Virus record (IMG/VR): IMGVR_UViG_3300044970_000208
Location: 1-60,101 of that record
Reading direction: 5' to 3' (one strand)
Length of the DNA stretch: 60,101 nucleotides
Source: a virus
Lineage: Duplodnaviria > Caudoviricetes
The notes under the pieces were generated by a model that was not told the origin of the DNA, did no database searches, and was given only the letters and a program-made list of their open reading frames with translations. Position numbers and translations under genes: made by a program. This document shows, one piece after another, positions 42,884 through 52,785 of this stretch; within the stretch, counting starts at the first letter, position 1; every line of letters begins with the position of its first letter.

Positions 42884-43605
42884 TACTTGACCCTTTCACC
42901 GAATGCAGAAAACAAGCTTTGGTTAATGGCAGTAGAGCGCATATAGCTGACACGATTGACCAACATAGTACGCATACGTTTAATGCCTTCTTCAAACTTA
43001 CCCTTAGCTAAGTTGGCAGCTTGTTCATTACTACGAAACATGTAGGCGTGATACATAGCACCATCAATGATGACGTGTCTAAAACGCTCAGGAACAGCAG
43101 GAACGTCTGTAGTGTTTATCAAATCAACAGGGACTCGATAATACTCATACACAATTTCATAAGCCTGATCAGGGGCTGGTACAACCAACCACTCCAAACT
43201 AGGTGCATGAACAATATGTTTTGGAATAGTTAACTTAGAAGTGTCTGTTGAATATTCTTGATCAACAGCCCTCTCAAGGTAGTCTTCATATTGCATAATA
43301 GACAGCTTCACTGTGTCATTACCAAGTGTACTGTCAGCTTTGATACGGAAAGTGTCAAAGTCAATGGTGGATGTGTCAGACGGAAAAGCGTAACGAGTGG
43401 TTCCGACTGACAATACATCCTCAGTGATTACATGATTGAAGGGCCAGTCTTGACCAGCATCATAAACATCACGCAATGAAGCGTTAACAGAGTCTTTGAT
43501 TTGTGAATAGAAACCAGAAGTGTTATTGAAATTAGCAGAGGTAAGTTCGACCTCATTGAGTCGTCGATTTACTTCATTAACCAAATCGATATAATTGTAA
43601 GACAT
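42883..43605 (-). CDS. Head-tail adaptor (tail tubular A-like)
   Basis: LVNEVNRRLNE, WPF, P.PD..Y, PERFRHVI. Confidence 0.75.
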   Translation of the reverse strand: MSYNYIDLVNEVNRRLNEVELTSANFNNTSGFYSQIKDSVNASLRDVYDAGQDWPFNHVITEDVLSVGTTRYAFPSDTSTIDFDTFRIKADSTLGNDTVKLSIMQYEDYLERAVDQEYSTDTSKLTIPKHIVHAPSLEWLVVPAPDQAYEIVYEYYRVPVDLINTTDVPAVPERFRHVIIDGAMYHAYMFRSNEQAANLAKGKFEEGIKRMRTMLVNRVSYMRSTAINQSLFSAFGERVK

Positions 43606-43606
43606 A

Positions 43607-43924
43607 TTATTGTTCCTTAATTTTCAAACGTACAACACGCTCGGCTATACTATTCCTATTGTCAGTCATTGTACAGTATATCTTATACTCAGCATTATTA
43701 GTACCAAGATTTAAATTGATAGTAGCAACATCACCACTTATAGTCTGCGATACATTCTGAAGACCGTTCACTGTTGTTGCTGGAGAAAACACTGTCTTAA
43801 CACCACTCTCATTATCTACCGACCATACAACTGAAGTGATTGTATTACCCGCCAGATACCTAGACCAATCAACACTATAGTCCAACAACTCATCTTTATC
43901 TTTACTGGGCCATTTGAATGACAT
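43607..43924 (-). CDS. Small virion protein (fibre-tail adaptor-like)
   Basis: KDKDELLDYSVDW motif. Confidence 0.7.
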   Translation of the reverse strand: MSFKWPSKDKDELLDYSVDWSRYLAGNTITSVVWSVDNESGVKTVFSPATTVNGLQNVSQTISGDVATINLNLGTNNAEYKIYCTMTDNRNSIAERVVRLKIKEQ

Positions 43925-43938
43925 ATTTATTCCTTAGT

Positions 43939-46900
43939 TTATTCATCAACACTTGTTGTTCGATCATCCGAAGTTGATCGTCTTGACACGTATACTGCTC
44001 TATCTACAACGGACACCAGTCCTGTCCGTTCAGCGGAAACAGACTCTCGTGGAACATACACTGTTCTATTCATGGCAGGTACAACCAATACTCGTTCGCT
44101 AAAAATAGAATATCTAGGTACATACACTGTCCTTTTTCTATTGTATAAATCCTTTACCGCTTCGTAATCGAATCGTATAGTTGTAACAGAAATAGGACCA
44201 AACGTCACAACACTTTGTTCAATAATGTAGGACGCTGCTGTAAATTTACAGGAGTATACATCTGTCACACCTGCACTCTCCGACACAGAAAGTGTAAGAA
44301 TGCGAGCAGCTTGACTGGTGTCTGACATTGATGATGAACCAGCAAACGATGAGTTGTACACGCTACCTGCTGGACTGAACGACTCCACAGCCTGTGCAGT
44401 TTCTGCTGAAGCCGCACTGAATGTACTAGCCACGACTTGGGTTACGTCTGTGCCTTGAGCAAGTTCAGCTATTGTTGGGTTGGCCGTGTAAACATTGGTC
44501 TGGACCTCAAAGGCTGTGGCGGACTCCGCAATGTTCGGGCGTGTTGTGTTCGCGTTGACCACAGAGTCTAGTGCCGTCAGAGCTTCGTTAATTGCGCCCC
44601 CTACTGTTATGAGTGCGTTAGCCACATCAGCACCTGACACTTGCTCAGGGACAACTGCGTTAAACGCGGCAACGGCTGCAAGGACTTCAGAAGCGGTAGT
44701 GGCCTCGGACACCGACAGGTTCAAGATCAGCACCGCAGTAGCAATCTCCTGCGCTGTCGTGGCCTCCGAGATGTTGGATAAGAACAACAACCCGCCAGCG
44801 GCACTGTCCGCTATGGCTGCAAGTTCAGACACCTGCGAACTCAATACTGCTTGAGCCGCAAGCTGCTCAGAGCCTGTGGTCAATTCCGCAATGGTGGCAG
44901 ATAACGTCAGTGCTGCGCTGACAAGTTCAGAAGACGTTGCCGACTCCGCCACCGAAGCGATGAATGCGCGGAAGGCTTCTACGGCATCTGCAACCGTGGC
45001 TGATTCACTAAGAGCGCCAAGGCAGATGAACCCTGCTGCTTGCGCGTCTGCGGCTGTGATGGACTCCGACACACCAATATTTAGCGTGGCAAGGCTGCTC
45101 TGTGCGTCTGCGGATGTAGCTGACTCAATAATGAACACCGAGATGAAGGGAGCCACCACCGTGCCGTTGATGTAACTGACGGACAGATATTCCATCGTCC
45201 CGTCATTGGACAAGAAGTTTAGCCCCGTGTTGTTGCCCGCGTCCGTGGACAATAAGCCCATGTTCCACGCTGTAGGCTTTTGCAAGATGGCCTGAGTCGT
45301 GTTGGTAGAGCCAAGCTGCAACAGGTTACCCAAAGCACCACTGATTGTGAAGCTCGTGAACTCGTTGGTTGTGCCTCCAGTAAACTGGATACGGCCAATG
45401 GCTGTGTTGGTCAGACCTGCGAACTTGTTGGAGCCTGTGACAGTCAGCGTACCTGTACCGCCTTGATTCAGTGTCGGGTAGGTTTGAATGCCACCGCCTG
45501 CAAACGTCTTGGAAGATGCGCTGGTCAGGCTGATCGTGCCTGTGCCTGTGACTGTGAGGTTTGTTGATGTTGCCGCAGACCAAGGCGAAGTTCCTGCAAT
45601 TGTCCAAGTGCCAGAGCCAATTGCAACAGTTCTTGTGGTTGTCGCGCTAGTCGCAACTGAGGCTCCTGAGGAATTTAAAGTTACATTGAACCCGTTTGCG
45701 TCAAAGGTTCCTTGTGAGACTGCAAATACGGATGATGAACATAAAAACGCATCTTGAATTGTTACTGATCCAGAAGGTGTGTTTGTTCTAATGCCTTGAG
45801 TAAACGTCTTGCCAGAACTTGTAATCGTCTGGCTTCCACGCCCAGCAAAAGTCAAATCCCCTGTACCCGTCAGCGTAGTGCCAGTACCGTTGATCCAGTT
45901 GCCGTAGATCGCAGGTGTCTGCGAAACCGTTGCCAACGTCATCGTGTTGCTGGTACGGGCAGACATATCAATCGTGCCAATGTTGTAGGAGACGCTGAAA
46001 CTGGTGGTATTCCCGCTAGATGGATATGGCGTTGGACTAGAAGGGAACACAGCAATATCTTGTGCCAATGGAAACGCAGTGTTATCTGCCGCGCCTCCAT
46101 TAGTGAAAGACCAAGCGGCGTTCCAGTTTGACGATGTGGCATTCCTATAAAACACCGTCTTAGCCGCATCAAACGTAATCCCGCTGTTACCCTTGCAGTC
46201 ACCCAAGCGAGTACCACTAACAGGAGCCGCTGCACCAGCAATGGTGATGTCACGGAAATCAATGTCGGTCAGCGATGCAACAGCAGCGCAGGTCAGTGTG
46301 CGTGTTGTTCCGATGGTGTCTGACCGCACGAACGTCCGCATGGTTGCGTTGGTTCCCGCAGAGAGCGTCAGAGTGCCGTTGATGGTTTGGTTTGAATCAA
46401 CAATAAATGGCTTAATGCCTGCACTGGTACGACCTGTTACGCTCAAATTACGAAATGTGTTTTCGCCAGAAACTTGCTGCTGTGTGGCGTTTGCTCCCGT
46501 AAAACTTACGTCATAGAACGTAAGCCCTGTTGCCGCTACGTTTAAGTTGGGGCTTGTTGCAGATGACAAAACGATGGTTGATGTTCCGGCATTAAACGTC
46601 ATCCCTGTAGTAGTACCGAACTGCACCACAGAACCAGTACCACTCAGCGTCACCGTACTGCTACCCAGATTGATCGTGCGGGTGTTGCTGTTGCTGGACG
46701 ACAGGGCTGTTGCAGTGACGTTGAAGTTGTTGGTGGTGAAAGTCCCGCCAGAAATTGTTATAGAGCCTGATGATGCAAAAGCATCTTGAAGCTCGACTGT
46801 TGGCGAGCCTGTTGAAGATATTTGAATTGGGCCAACAGTTTTGCCGTTGCTTGTTATTTGCAAAGTCCCGGGGCCAACAAAAACCACTGTTCCTGTGTAG

Positions 46901-47175
46901 CTCCAAGTCATTCCTGAGCCGCAAACAAGATTTCCGTATGCTTGAACTTGGCTTGATCCAGCAAACGTCCCTGTAAACCCAGTAAAGTTGAGATTTTTAC
47001 AGGTTGCTGTTGCGGAAACCGTACAAGTCACCACGCCAGACGCACCATCAAAAAACACATCATCAGCAGACGTAGGCACAGTTTCCCCGCCAGCGCCGCC
47101 AGACGAAGCTGCCCACTTAGTACCAGCCGTAGCATCCCAGTTGGCAGTACCCCCAACCCAGTAGCGATCTGGCAT
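43939..47175 (-). CDS. Long fibre/spike-like virion protein, 1078 aa
   Basis: G/T/S-rich beta-helix-like N-terminal two thirds; ESAT-type repeats towards the C-terminus. Confidence 0.75.
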   Translation of the reverse strand: MPDRYWVGGTANWDATAGTKWAASSGGAGGETVPTSADDVFFDGASGVVTCTVSATATCKNLNFTGFTGTFAGSSQVQAYGNLVCGSGMTWSYTGTVVFVGPGTLQITSNGKTVGPIQISSTGSPTVELQDAFASSGSITISGGTFTTNNFNVTATALSSSNSNTRTINLGSSTVTLSGTGSVVQFGTTTGMTFNAGTSTIVLSSATSPNLNVAATGLTFYDVSFTGANATQQQVSGENTFRNLSVTGRTSAGIKPFIVDSNQTINGTLTLSAGTNATMRTFVRSDTIGTTRTLTCAAVASLTDIDFRDITIAGAAAPVSGTRLGDCKGNSGITFDAAKTVFYRNATSSNWNAAWSFTNGGAADNTAFPLAQDIAVFPSSPTPYPSSGNTTSFSVSYNIGTIDMSARTSNTMTLATVSQTPAIYGNWINGTGTTLTGTGDLTFAGRGSQTITSSGKTFTQGIRTNTPSGSVTIQDAFLCSSSVFAVSQGTFDANGFNVTLNSSGASVATSATTTRTVAIGSGTWTIAGTSPWSAATSTNLTVTGTGTISLTSASSKTFAGGGIQTYPTLNQGGTGTLTVTGSNKFAGLTNTAIGRIQFTGGTTNEFTSFTISGALGNLLQLGSTNTTQAILQKPTAWNMGLLSTDAGNNTGLNFLSNDGTMEYLSVSYINGTVVAPFISVFIIESATSADAQSSLATLNIGVSESITAADAQAAGFICLGALSESATVADAVEAFRAFIASVAESATSSELVSAALTLSATIAELTTGSEQLAAQAVLSSQVSELAAIADSAAGGLLFLSNISEATTAQEIATAVLILNLSVSEATTASEVLAAVAAFNAVVPEQVSGADVANALITVGGAINEALTALDSVVNANTTRPNIAESATAFEVQTNVYTANPTIAELAQGTDVTQVVASTFSAASAETAQAVESFSPAGSVYNSSFAGSSSMSDTSQAARILTLSVSESAGVTDVYSCKFTAASYIIEQSVVTFGPISVTTIRFDYEAVKDLYNRKRTVYVPRYSIFSERVLVVPAMNRTVYVPRESVSAERTGLVSVVDRAVYVSRRSTSDDRTTSVDE

Positions 47176-47177
47176 TT

Positions 47178-47360
47178 TTACACCTCCTCAGTTGGAGGCA
47201 CTTCTTCCACAGGAGGAGCAGTCACCACAGCAATCCAGTTGTCCACACGCTGCTGCTTCATGGCTTGGATTTCTTCATCAGTGAACGCATGGTCGTCAGG
47301 CAGATGCAAGGCATCACGAAATACGCCGTGTGCTGTGTTGAATTCAAAATCAATTTTCAT
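47178..47360 (-). CDS. Hypothetical protein, 60 aa
   Basis: GGAG RBS. Confidence 0.7.
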   Translation of the reverse strand: MKIDFEFNTAHGVFRDALHLPDDHAFTDEEIQAMKQQRVDNWIAVVTAPPVEEVPPTEEV

Positions 47361-47371
47361 GTCAATTCTCC

Positions 47372-47400
47372 AAAAGAAACACCCGCCGTAGCGGGTGCTG
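47372..47400 (-). terminator. Intrinsic terminator
   Basis: Minus strand CACCCGC-TACG-GCGGGTG-TTTCTTTT. Confidence 0.7.
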
Positions 47401-47424
47401 CACCAAACTTAGGGTGACACCCAA

Positions 47425-48003
47425 TCAGGCTGCGTCGAGGGAAAATGTATAAACAACATTCAATGTGTCACCACTCACCACCACTCGGTCGCCGGGAGAT
47501 TGAAAGTCCGAAGCAGAGAACAATGTGCCCGATGTGCCAGTGTCCACACTTGCCAAGAACGCTCCAGCAACAGTGCCACCAGCGCCAGTGATGCCAAACG
47601 AGGCAGGAGAAGCTGTGTTGTTGATCACCGATGGATCAGCCGTGGTGGCTGTGCCAAACACAGCAGCTTTGCGGTTGCCAGAGTAGTCAGTGAACTCAGT
47701 CCAACCGGAGTGCGAGGCCAGCGTGTCAGCGGCAGCAATCGTGGTGCCAGAACCGGGGCCTGTGATCAGGCCAATGTACCAAGTGGTGATCTGCGTTGCA
47801 CCATCCAGATAGACCGACACCATGCTTTGCAGGCCTTGGTTAACCACCAAGTTGTGCATCTCCTCTTCCCATTTGACGTGGCCGTCAGCGCCAACGCACT
47901 GAACTTTGTATACGCCGCCAGCCTTAGCCTTAGCTTCTGGCTTAGAGCCACACACAAGTCCTGAAGATACTTTATCAGTGGATTGTGCAAGATTATTGAA
48001 CAT
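47425..48003 (-). CDS. Virion structural protein, 192 aa
   Basis: NLVVNQG and GDTLNV.Y motifs of phage fibre-base proteins. Confidence 0.7.
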   Translation of the reverse strand: MFNNLAQSTDKVSSGLVCGSKPEAKAKAGGVYKVQCVGADGHVKWEEEMHNLVVNQGLQSMVSVYLDGATQITTWYIGLITGPGSGTTIAAADTLASHSGWTEFTDYSGNRKAAVFGTATTADPSVINNTASPASFGITGAGGTVAGAFLASVDTGTSGTLFSASDFQSPGDRVVVSGDTLNVVYTFSLDAA

Positions 48004-48026
48004 AATGGTTCCTTATATTATTTAAT

Positions 48027-48063
48027 AACAAAAGGGAGAGCCTCGCGGAAGACCCTCCCTCTT
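48027..48063 (-). terminator. Intrinsic terminator
   Basis: Minus strand GGGAGGGTC...GGCTCTCCC-TTTTGTT. Confidence 0.7.
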
Positions 48064-48079
48064 GGGTCAGCCTAAAAGA

Positions 48080-48571
48080 TTAGGCCAATTGGTCGCGGTC
48101 AACTTCGTCGGCAGCAATGCGGCCATCGACGTTCATCAACACAGCCCATACACGAGCAACACCAGAAGTAGGTGCAGTGGTGGCAGTGGCAATCAACAAG
48201 TCAATAGTGTCAGCAGTAGCGCCAATCACGACAGGCTGGAAAGCAGCAGCGTTCTGTGCATAAGCACCAGCGGCAGCAGCGTCAGCATCAAAGCCGTCAA
48301 CGAACACGTCAGCGTCAACACCAGTCACGCCCAAATCGAAAGTGGTGTCGTTCGACTCGCCGCCGAGGACGGTAGTGATTTCGATACCAGCATTCAAGAT
48401 GACGGTGTTGGCGGGAACAGAGATGCACTCGATCACGTCAGTAGCAGCCAAGGCAGAACCTTTAGCAGTGGCAGCGGCAGCGAAGTCGATAACTTTATCG
48501 ACAAGGTAAGGCACGGAGCCAGCAGTGCGACCAGCGGTAGCGCCGCCAGCAAGAGTAGTAACAGTAGCCAT
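48080..48571 (-). CDS. Capsid decoration/auxiliary protein
   Basis: Immediately downstream of the major capsid gene, beta-rich. Confidence 0.65.
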   Translation of the reverse strand: MATVTTLAGGATAGRTAGSVPYLVDKVIDFAAAATAKGSALAATDVIECISVPANTVILNAGIEITTVLGGESNDTTFDLGVTGVDADVFVDGFDADAAAAGAYAQNAAAFQPVVIGATADTIDLLIATATTAPTSGVARVWAVLMNVDGRIAADEVDRDQLA

Positions 48572-48594
48572 TTTAAATTTCCTTTATGTGTAAA

Positions 48595-48631
48595 TATATA
48601 AACGGGGAAGCCTTGTGAGCCTCCCCTGTTT
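48595..48631 (-). terminator. Terminator after the major capsid gene
   Basis: Minus strand GGGGAGGC-loop-GCTTCCCC-GTTT. Confidence 0.7.
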
Positions 48632-48633
48632 CA

Positions 48634-49704
48634 TCAGGCAACGTTGTACTTTGCAGTCACGATACCTTCAGGGCGCAGGATTTTGCGACCATACAGGTGC
48701 ATACCGCGAACGATGTCAGCAAAGCTGTCGGGGTCACGATATGTCTCAGTCTTTGTCAACTGTTGAGCAGTTGCCACAGCAGAGTCATGACCAGCGACGA
48801 TCACGCCGAAGTTGCTGGACTGAGCAGAAGTACCGGAAGTACCGGGGCCAGTACCGATCTTAGGTGTGTTGTTCGACACATAGATACGGAAGCCGTGCAG
48901 GTTGTTCAGGATCAGGCCGTTTTGCAGACCGGAACCACCGAAGTCACCATTCAACAGGCGGCTGTCTTCGTCCTTCAACATCTCAACGAACACGGGGTCA
49001 ACGACCAACCAACGACCTTGAGTGTCAACAAACTGCTGATCCAACAGACGACCCATACGGGCAATCACGGTCAGAGGCGACACAGTGGTAGTCGAAGCGC
49101 CAGTAGCACCGGGGAAACGTGGAGCCAATGGGATGGAGTCACCAGCAGAACCAGCGCTAGTCAGGTTGCTGAAGTTGGGACGGCTCAGCTTCATGCTCGA
49201 CAACAGTTCGTCAGAACCAGCAGAGGCAACAGCTTTGGTGCCGGGGGCAGTGGTACGGGCGGTGTCGCCATTCACATGCTTGGCAGACTGAGCGTAACCC
49301 GACAGATATGCCAACACGTCTTGGTCATAGTTGTCGCGCAAACGATAGGCAGCACGGTCCGAAGCCATCTGCATGAAGTTCACATGCGAGTGAGCAGCTT
49401 CAATGTCGTCGATCTTGAAGGCGTAGTAGTTAGCCTGATCAACAACCAGAGTGAAGTCTTCGTCGTCGAGGTCTTGAGCGGTGATCTGAGTACCACGAGC
49501 GTAGGCTTGGACGCTAACCTCCGGCTCCTTGATGATTTTTACACTATCCCCCATGTTAGCGATTTCACCGAAGTAATCGCTATTGGTGATGTCTTCAACG
49601 GTAGAAGCTTTACGGAATGCAAGTTGTACTTGCTTGGAATAGATAACTGGACTGAACGAGCCATTGGGCAAATTGCCGTGGCCGACTGCGGATGGAAAAG
49701 CCAT
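48634..49704 (-). CDS. Major capsid protein
   Basis: GNLPNGSFSPVIYSK, GEIANMGDSVKI, FADIVRGMHLYGRKILRPE; after the scaffold; strong codon bias. Confidence 0.92.
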   Translation of the reverse strand: MAFPSAVGHGNLPNGSFSPVIYSKQVQLAFRKASTVEDITNSDYFGEIANMGDSVKIIKEPEVSVQAYARGTQITAQDLDDEDFTLVVDQANYYAFKIDDIEAAHSHVNFMQMASDRAAYRLRDNYDQDVLAYLSGYAQSAKHVNGDTARTTAPGTKAVASAGSDELLSSMKLSRPNFSNLTSAGSAGDSIPLAPRFPGATGASTTTVSPLTVIARMGRLLDQQFVDTQGRWLVVDPVFVEMLKDEDSRLLNGDFGGSGLQNGLILNNLHGFRIYVSNNTPKIGTGPGTSGTSAQSSNFGVIVAGHDSAVATAQQLTKTETYRDPDSFADIVRGMHLYGRKILRPEGIVTAKYNVA

Positions 49705-49782
49705 TTTTAAATCTCCTATAGATATATTGGCATATAGTTAAATACGCTAACACTACTACAGAGGCTGACTTCGCTAGGTGCG

Positions 49783-50361
49783 TTACTTTTCCGAAGTGCC
49801 CAACGGAAAGTACCGGGCTAACAAAACTTCAGGTGTTTCTGACAGTTTGTTGTTTTGCGTTACAAGATGACTCAGTAGTAGGAACAGTTCTTCTGTATAC
49901 TCCTGCTTCATTTTATTGATAGCTGCACAGACAAGTTGTACGTTACCGACAACATAACCCTTGCTGCTATCTACCCTGTCAAGACTTACGGTATTAAACT
50001 GGTTGGCTGTTGCAAGCAGCGGCAGTTTTGTGTAAGCACATTGACCATTCTGTTTTTCCCACAGATCAAGAACATCCTGATCTACGAGATTAAATTCTTT
50101 AGTTCGACCCCTTGCCTTTGTACAAAGATTCTTAAGGCGAGAGTCGATCTCTCTGTTATATCTTGGAACATACGATTCACTGTAGCAAGTTACCCTACGC
50201 TTGATATGTTCACTATTTTTATAGTAATAGTCTTTACTTATACTTTTAGCACATACCTTACAAGCGCTAGTTACTCCAAACTTTTTAGTCTTATCCTTAT
50301 GGAATTCACTAATCGACTTGGAAGCACCACACTGACCACATGTCTTAACAACATCATTCAT
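49783..50361 (-). CDS. Free-standing HNH-like (homing) endonuclease with N-terminal Zn finger
   Basis: CGQC..CKVC; QNGQCAYT..SLDRVDSSKGYVVGNVQLVC..IN.MK. Confidence 0.85.
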   Translation of the reverse strand: MNDVVKTCGQCGASKSISEFHKDKTKKFGVTSACKVCAKSISKDYYYKNSEHIKRRVTCYSESYVPRYNREIDSRLKNLCTKARGRTKEFNLVDQDVLDLWEKQNGQCAYTKLPLLATANQFNTVSLDRVDSSKGYVVGNVQLVCAAINKMKQEYTEELFLLLSHLVTQNNKLSETPEVLLARYFPLGTSEK

Positions 50362-50443
50362 AACGACCCCTGACTAGGTTTAATAAAGGACTAGGCAGTG
50401 AGTCAGCACTGTCAGGGGAGCTACCCTTTTCGTCCTATGTAAA

Positions 50444-50473
50444 GTTATATCAGACTTTTTCAGCCCGTGTCAA
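50444..50473 (-). promoter_or_regulatory. sigma70-type promoter for the endonuclease and capsid genes
   Basis: TTGACA-18 bp-TATAAC on the minus strand. Confidence 0.75.
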
Positions 50474-50476
50474 CTA

Positions 50477-51331
50477 TTATCGCGCATTGCCACTCAAGTC
50501 GTACACAAACTTACCAGTCTGCATAGCCTTCTGAATGGCTTCAACGTTCTTCTCATACTGCAAAGAACTCATCTTAGCCACTTGCGATTCGTAGATGACA
50601 CCTTCAGTGTCTACACTGGATGGGGCAGACCTGCTACCACGGGTGTTGATGCTTTCTGCTGCACCAGAAGTCTTTTTCTCCGACTTCGATTTACCAATGT
50701 TACGATCAACCTTATAAAGATCAATGGCGCGAGCAGCAGAACGAGCATCTGTATCGTTCTCATACAAAGCTTGTTGTACCCAAGCTGGTTGTTCTTCTGC
50801 CCAATTGTGGAAGTCATCGGTGTCTCGGATAGTGTCGAAGTCTGGATGCAGCTTCAACAATTCAAGTTCAGCCTTCTCTCGTGCTGTCAGTTTATCTCGC
50901 TCGTCCAAGGCTTTGAAGCGTTCATCAAGTGCTGCTGTTTGTTCTTTGGCTTTCTTGATGGCAATGGTTTCAACAATTTTCGCCACGTCTGGATAGGTCT
51001 TTGCCCATGTTGCCAGTTCTTCTTCGCTGGTCGGCAGCTTGATTTGTTGCTCGGTAGATTTTGTAAGCTGTTCTTTCAGTTCGTCAATTTGCTTCTGCAA
51101 AGCCAAAGCTTGTTGTTGTGAGTGACGACGAAGATCACCGTATCGTTTCTTGAAGCTCTTCTCTTCAGCGCTCAAGTTGCTGTCGTCTTCGACAATCTCT
51201 TCGGCTTCTGGTTTCTTCTCTTCACTGAGTTGTTTAAGCTCAGCTTCTTCTCGTTCGATTCGCTCACGATTGGCGTTGCGTTTACCAAAAGGGGCAACTA
51301 CAGTTTTCTGTTCCATTACCGTTTCAGACAT
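50477..51331 (-). CDS. Capsid scaffolding protein
   Basis: Acidic coiled coil, FKKRYGDLRRH, HPDF..I....F..W; upstream of the capsid gene. Confidence 0.8.
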   Translation of the reverse strand: MSETVMEQKTVVAPFGKRNANRERIEREEAELKQLSEEKKPEAEEIVEDDSNLSAEEKSFKKRYGDLRRHSQQQALALQKQIDELKEQLTKSTEQQIKLPTSEEELATWAKTYPDVAKIVETIAIKKAKEQTAALDERFKALDERDKLTAREKAELELLKLHPDFDTIRDTDDFHNWAEEQPAWVQQALYENDTDARSAARAIDLYKVDRNIGKSKSEKKTSGAAESINTRGSRSAPSSVDTEGVIYESQVAKMSSLQYEKNVEAIQKAMQTGKFVYDLSGNAR

Positions 51332-51456
51332 AAATACCTTTTAAGTTGGGGCTGCACTGTAGGAGACAATGTTGTCTCGGAGTCAGGTAGCCAATGATGG
51401 TGGGTGTTATTAAGTACCAGTCTGCCCACCACAGACTTTGGTATTCTGATTGTAGC

Positions 51457-52785
51457 TTATTTACGACGAGTTGCTAAGCCACCTTTAGCAAGCTGTGCTT
51501 TCTCACCAATAAACGGTGTGTACTTACCATCCGTGCCTTTACGCATAGCGAAGCCTTTGATGGGGGCATCTCTATAGATGTCACCATATTCAAAATTAAC
51601 AGGACGCCTTGAAGTACCAGAGGTAATTTCGTTTACAACAGCACCAGCACCAGCAAGACCAATCAATCTTCTTGCAAATTTCAAAGAATCTTTAGGATCA
51701 ATAGGAGCTTCATCAGGTACGTCTGAAGCAGGCTTGTTAATGAACGAATCAGGATCACCCAAGTCAGGAGCCGTTCCTGTTTTTGTAACACCAGATTCAG
51801 ACAACTCGCCTTCAGGTGTTTTCACTGTAATACCTTGACCACCACCCATATCAGTAATGTTGGGTGATGTTGGCATTTTTAAACCAAGACCATCGGTAAC
51901 ATTAAGACTGTAATCAACAGGGGATGTTCCGACTGTTGAACCAGCACCCGTAACAGGGTCAACTTTCAAACCATCAGTGGTCGGTAAAGTGACACCGCTT
52001 GTCAAAGAATAGTCAGGTTTAACATCAGCGCCTGCGCCAATTTTTGAAATGTCAAAAACATCGTCAGAAATTGCAGCACCACTACCCTGTGGTATTGCTT
52101 CATCAACAACCCTGTTCGTTATGCCACCGGGGTTTTTCTTATAGTCATCGATTGCTTTAGTAGCGTAGCTGATTGCATCGTTAATGATTGATGTAGTGAC
52201 AGCAGAACCTACGTCACCTTTACTAATCTGTGCAACCACTGCGGTATTCACTGCATTCTTTGCAACGTCTGGTAATTCGTTGAAGCCGGGAATGTCCTGA
52301 GTAATCAAAGAAACACCAGCACTAGCGCCTCCCAAAACAAAAGCAGCAAGTGGGTCTTTACCTAACAAAGCTGCTGTAGTTCCTTGAGTAACTGCTTTAG
52401 TCACAACAGTATTCAGTGTTCCTGTAATATTGCTGTTAGTCAATGTCTGACCAATTGCTTCAGCACCAACATTACCCACAAGAGGCAGGGCCGCACCAAT
52501 TACAGCAGACTTAACATCACCACCATTCAGTGTAGTGTTAATTAGTGTTTGACCAACCACCTGTGCCGCTACACCAGTTAGTCCAAGTTGAGCACCTAAC
52601 GCAGCGCCAGCACCGGGAAAAGTTACAGCAAGAGCAACAGCGGCAAGCTTTTTAGGGTCTTCGACAATTGCTTCAACAGTGTTCTTTACAGGTTGAAAAA
52701 TTTCGTCGTCAATTTTACGACCAGCACTTTCTATAACTCTGACAGGATTGAGTTCAACACCTAAGTTTTTTCTTGCCCACCCCAT
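51457..52785 (-). CDS. Putative internal virion protein, 442 aa, G/A-rich hydrophobic helices
   Basis: Composition; ends LAKGGLATRRK. Confidence 0.7.
   Translation of the reverse strand: MGWARKNLGVELNPVRVIESAGRKIDDEIFQPVKNTVEAIVEDPKKLAAVALAVTFPGAGAALGAQLGLTGVAAQVVGQTLINTTLNGGDVKSAVIGAALPLVGNVGAEAIGQTLTNSNITGTLNTVVTKAVTQGTTAALLGKDPLAAFVLGGASAGVSLITQDIPGFNELPDVAKNAVNTAVVAQISKGDVGSAVTTSIINDAISYATKAIDDYKKNPGGITNRVVDEAIPQGSGAAISDDVFDISKIGAGADVKPDYSLTSGVTLPTTDGLKVDPVTGAGSTVGTSPVDYSLNVTDGLGLKMPTSPNITDMGGGQGITVKTPEGELSESGVTKTGTAPDLGDPDSFINKPASDVPDEAPIDPKDSLKFARRLIGLAGAGAVVNEITSGTSRRPVNFEYGDIYRDAPIKGFAMRKGTDGKYTPFIGEKAQLAKGGLATRRK

Noticed and set aside
50387-50436. Hammerhead ribozyme (GGAC-GAAA three-way junction)
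   Set aside because: Lacks the CUGANGA core and a valid NUH site
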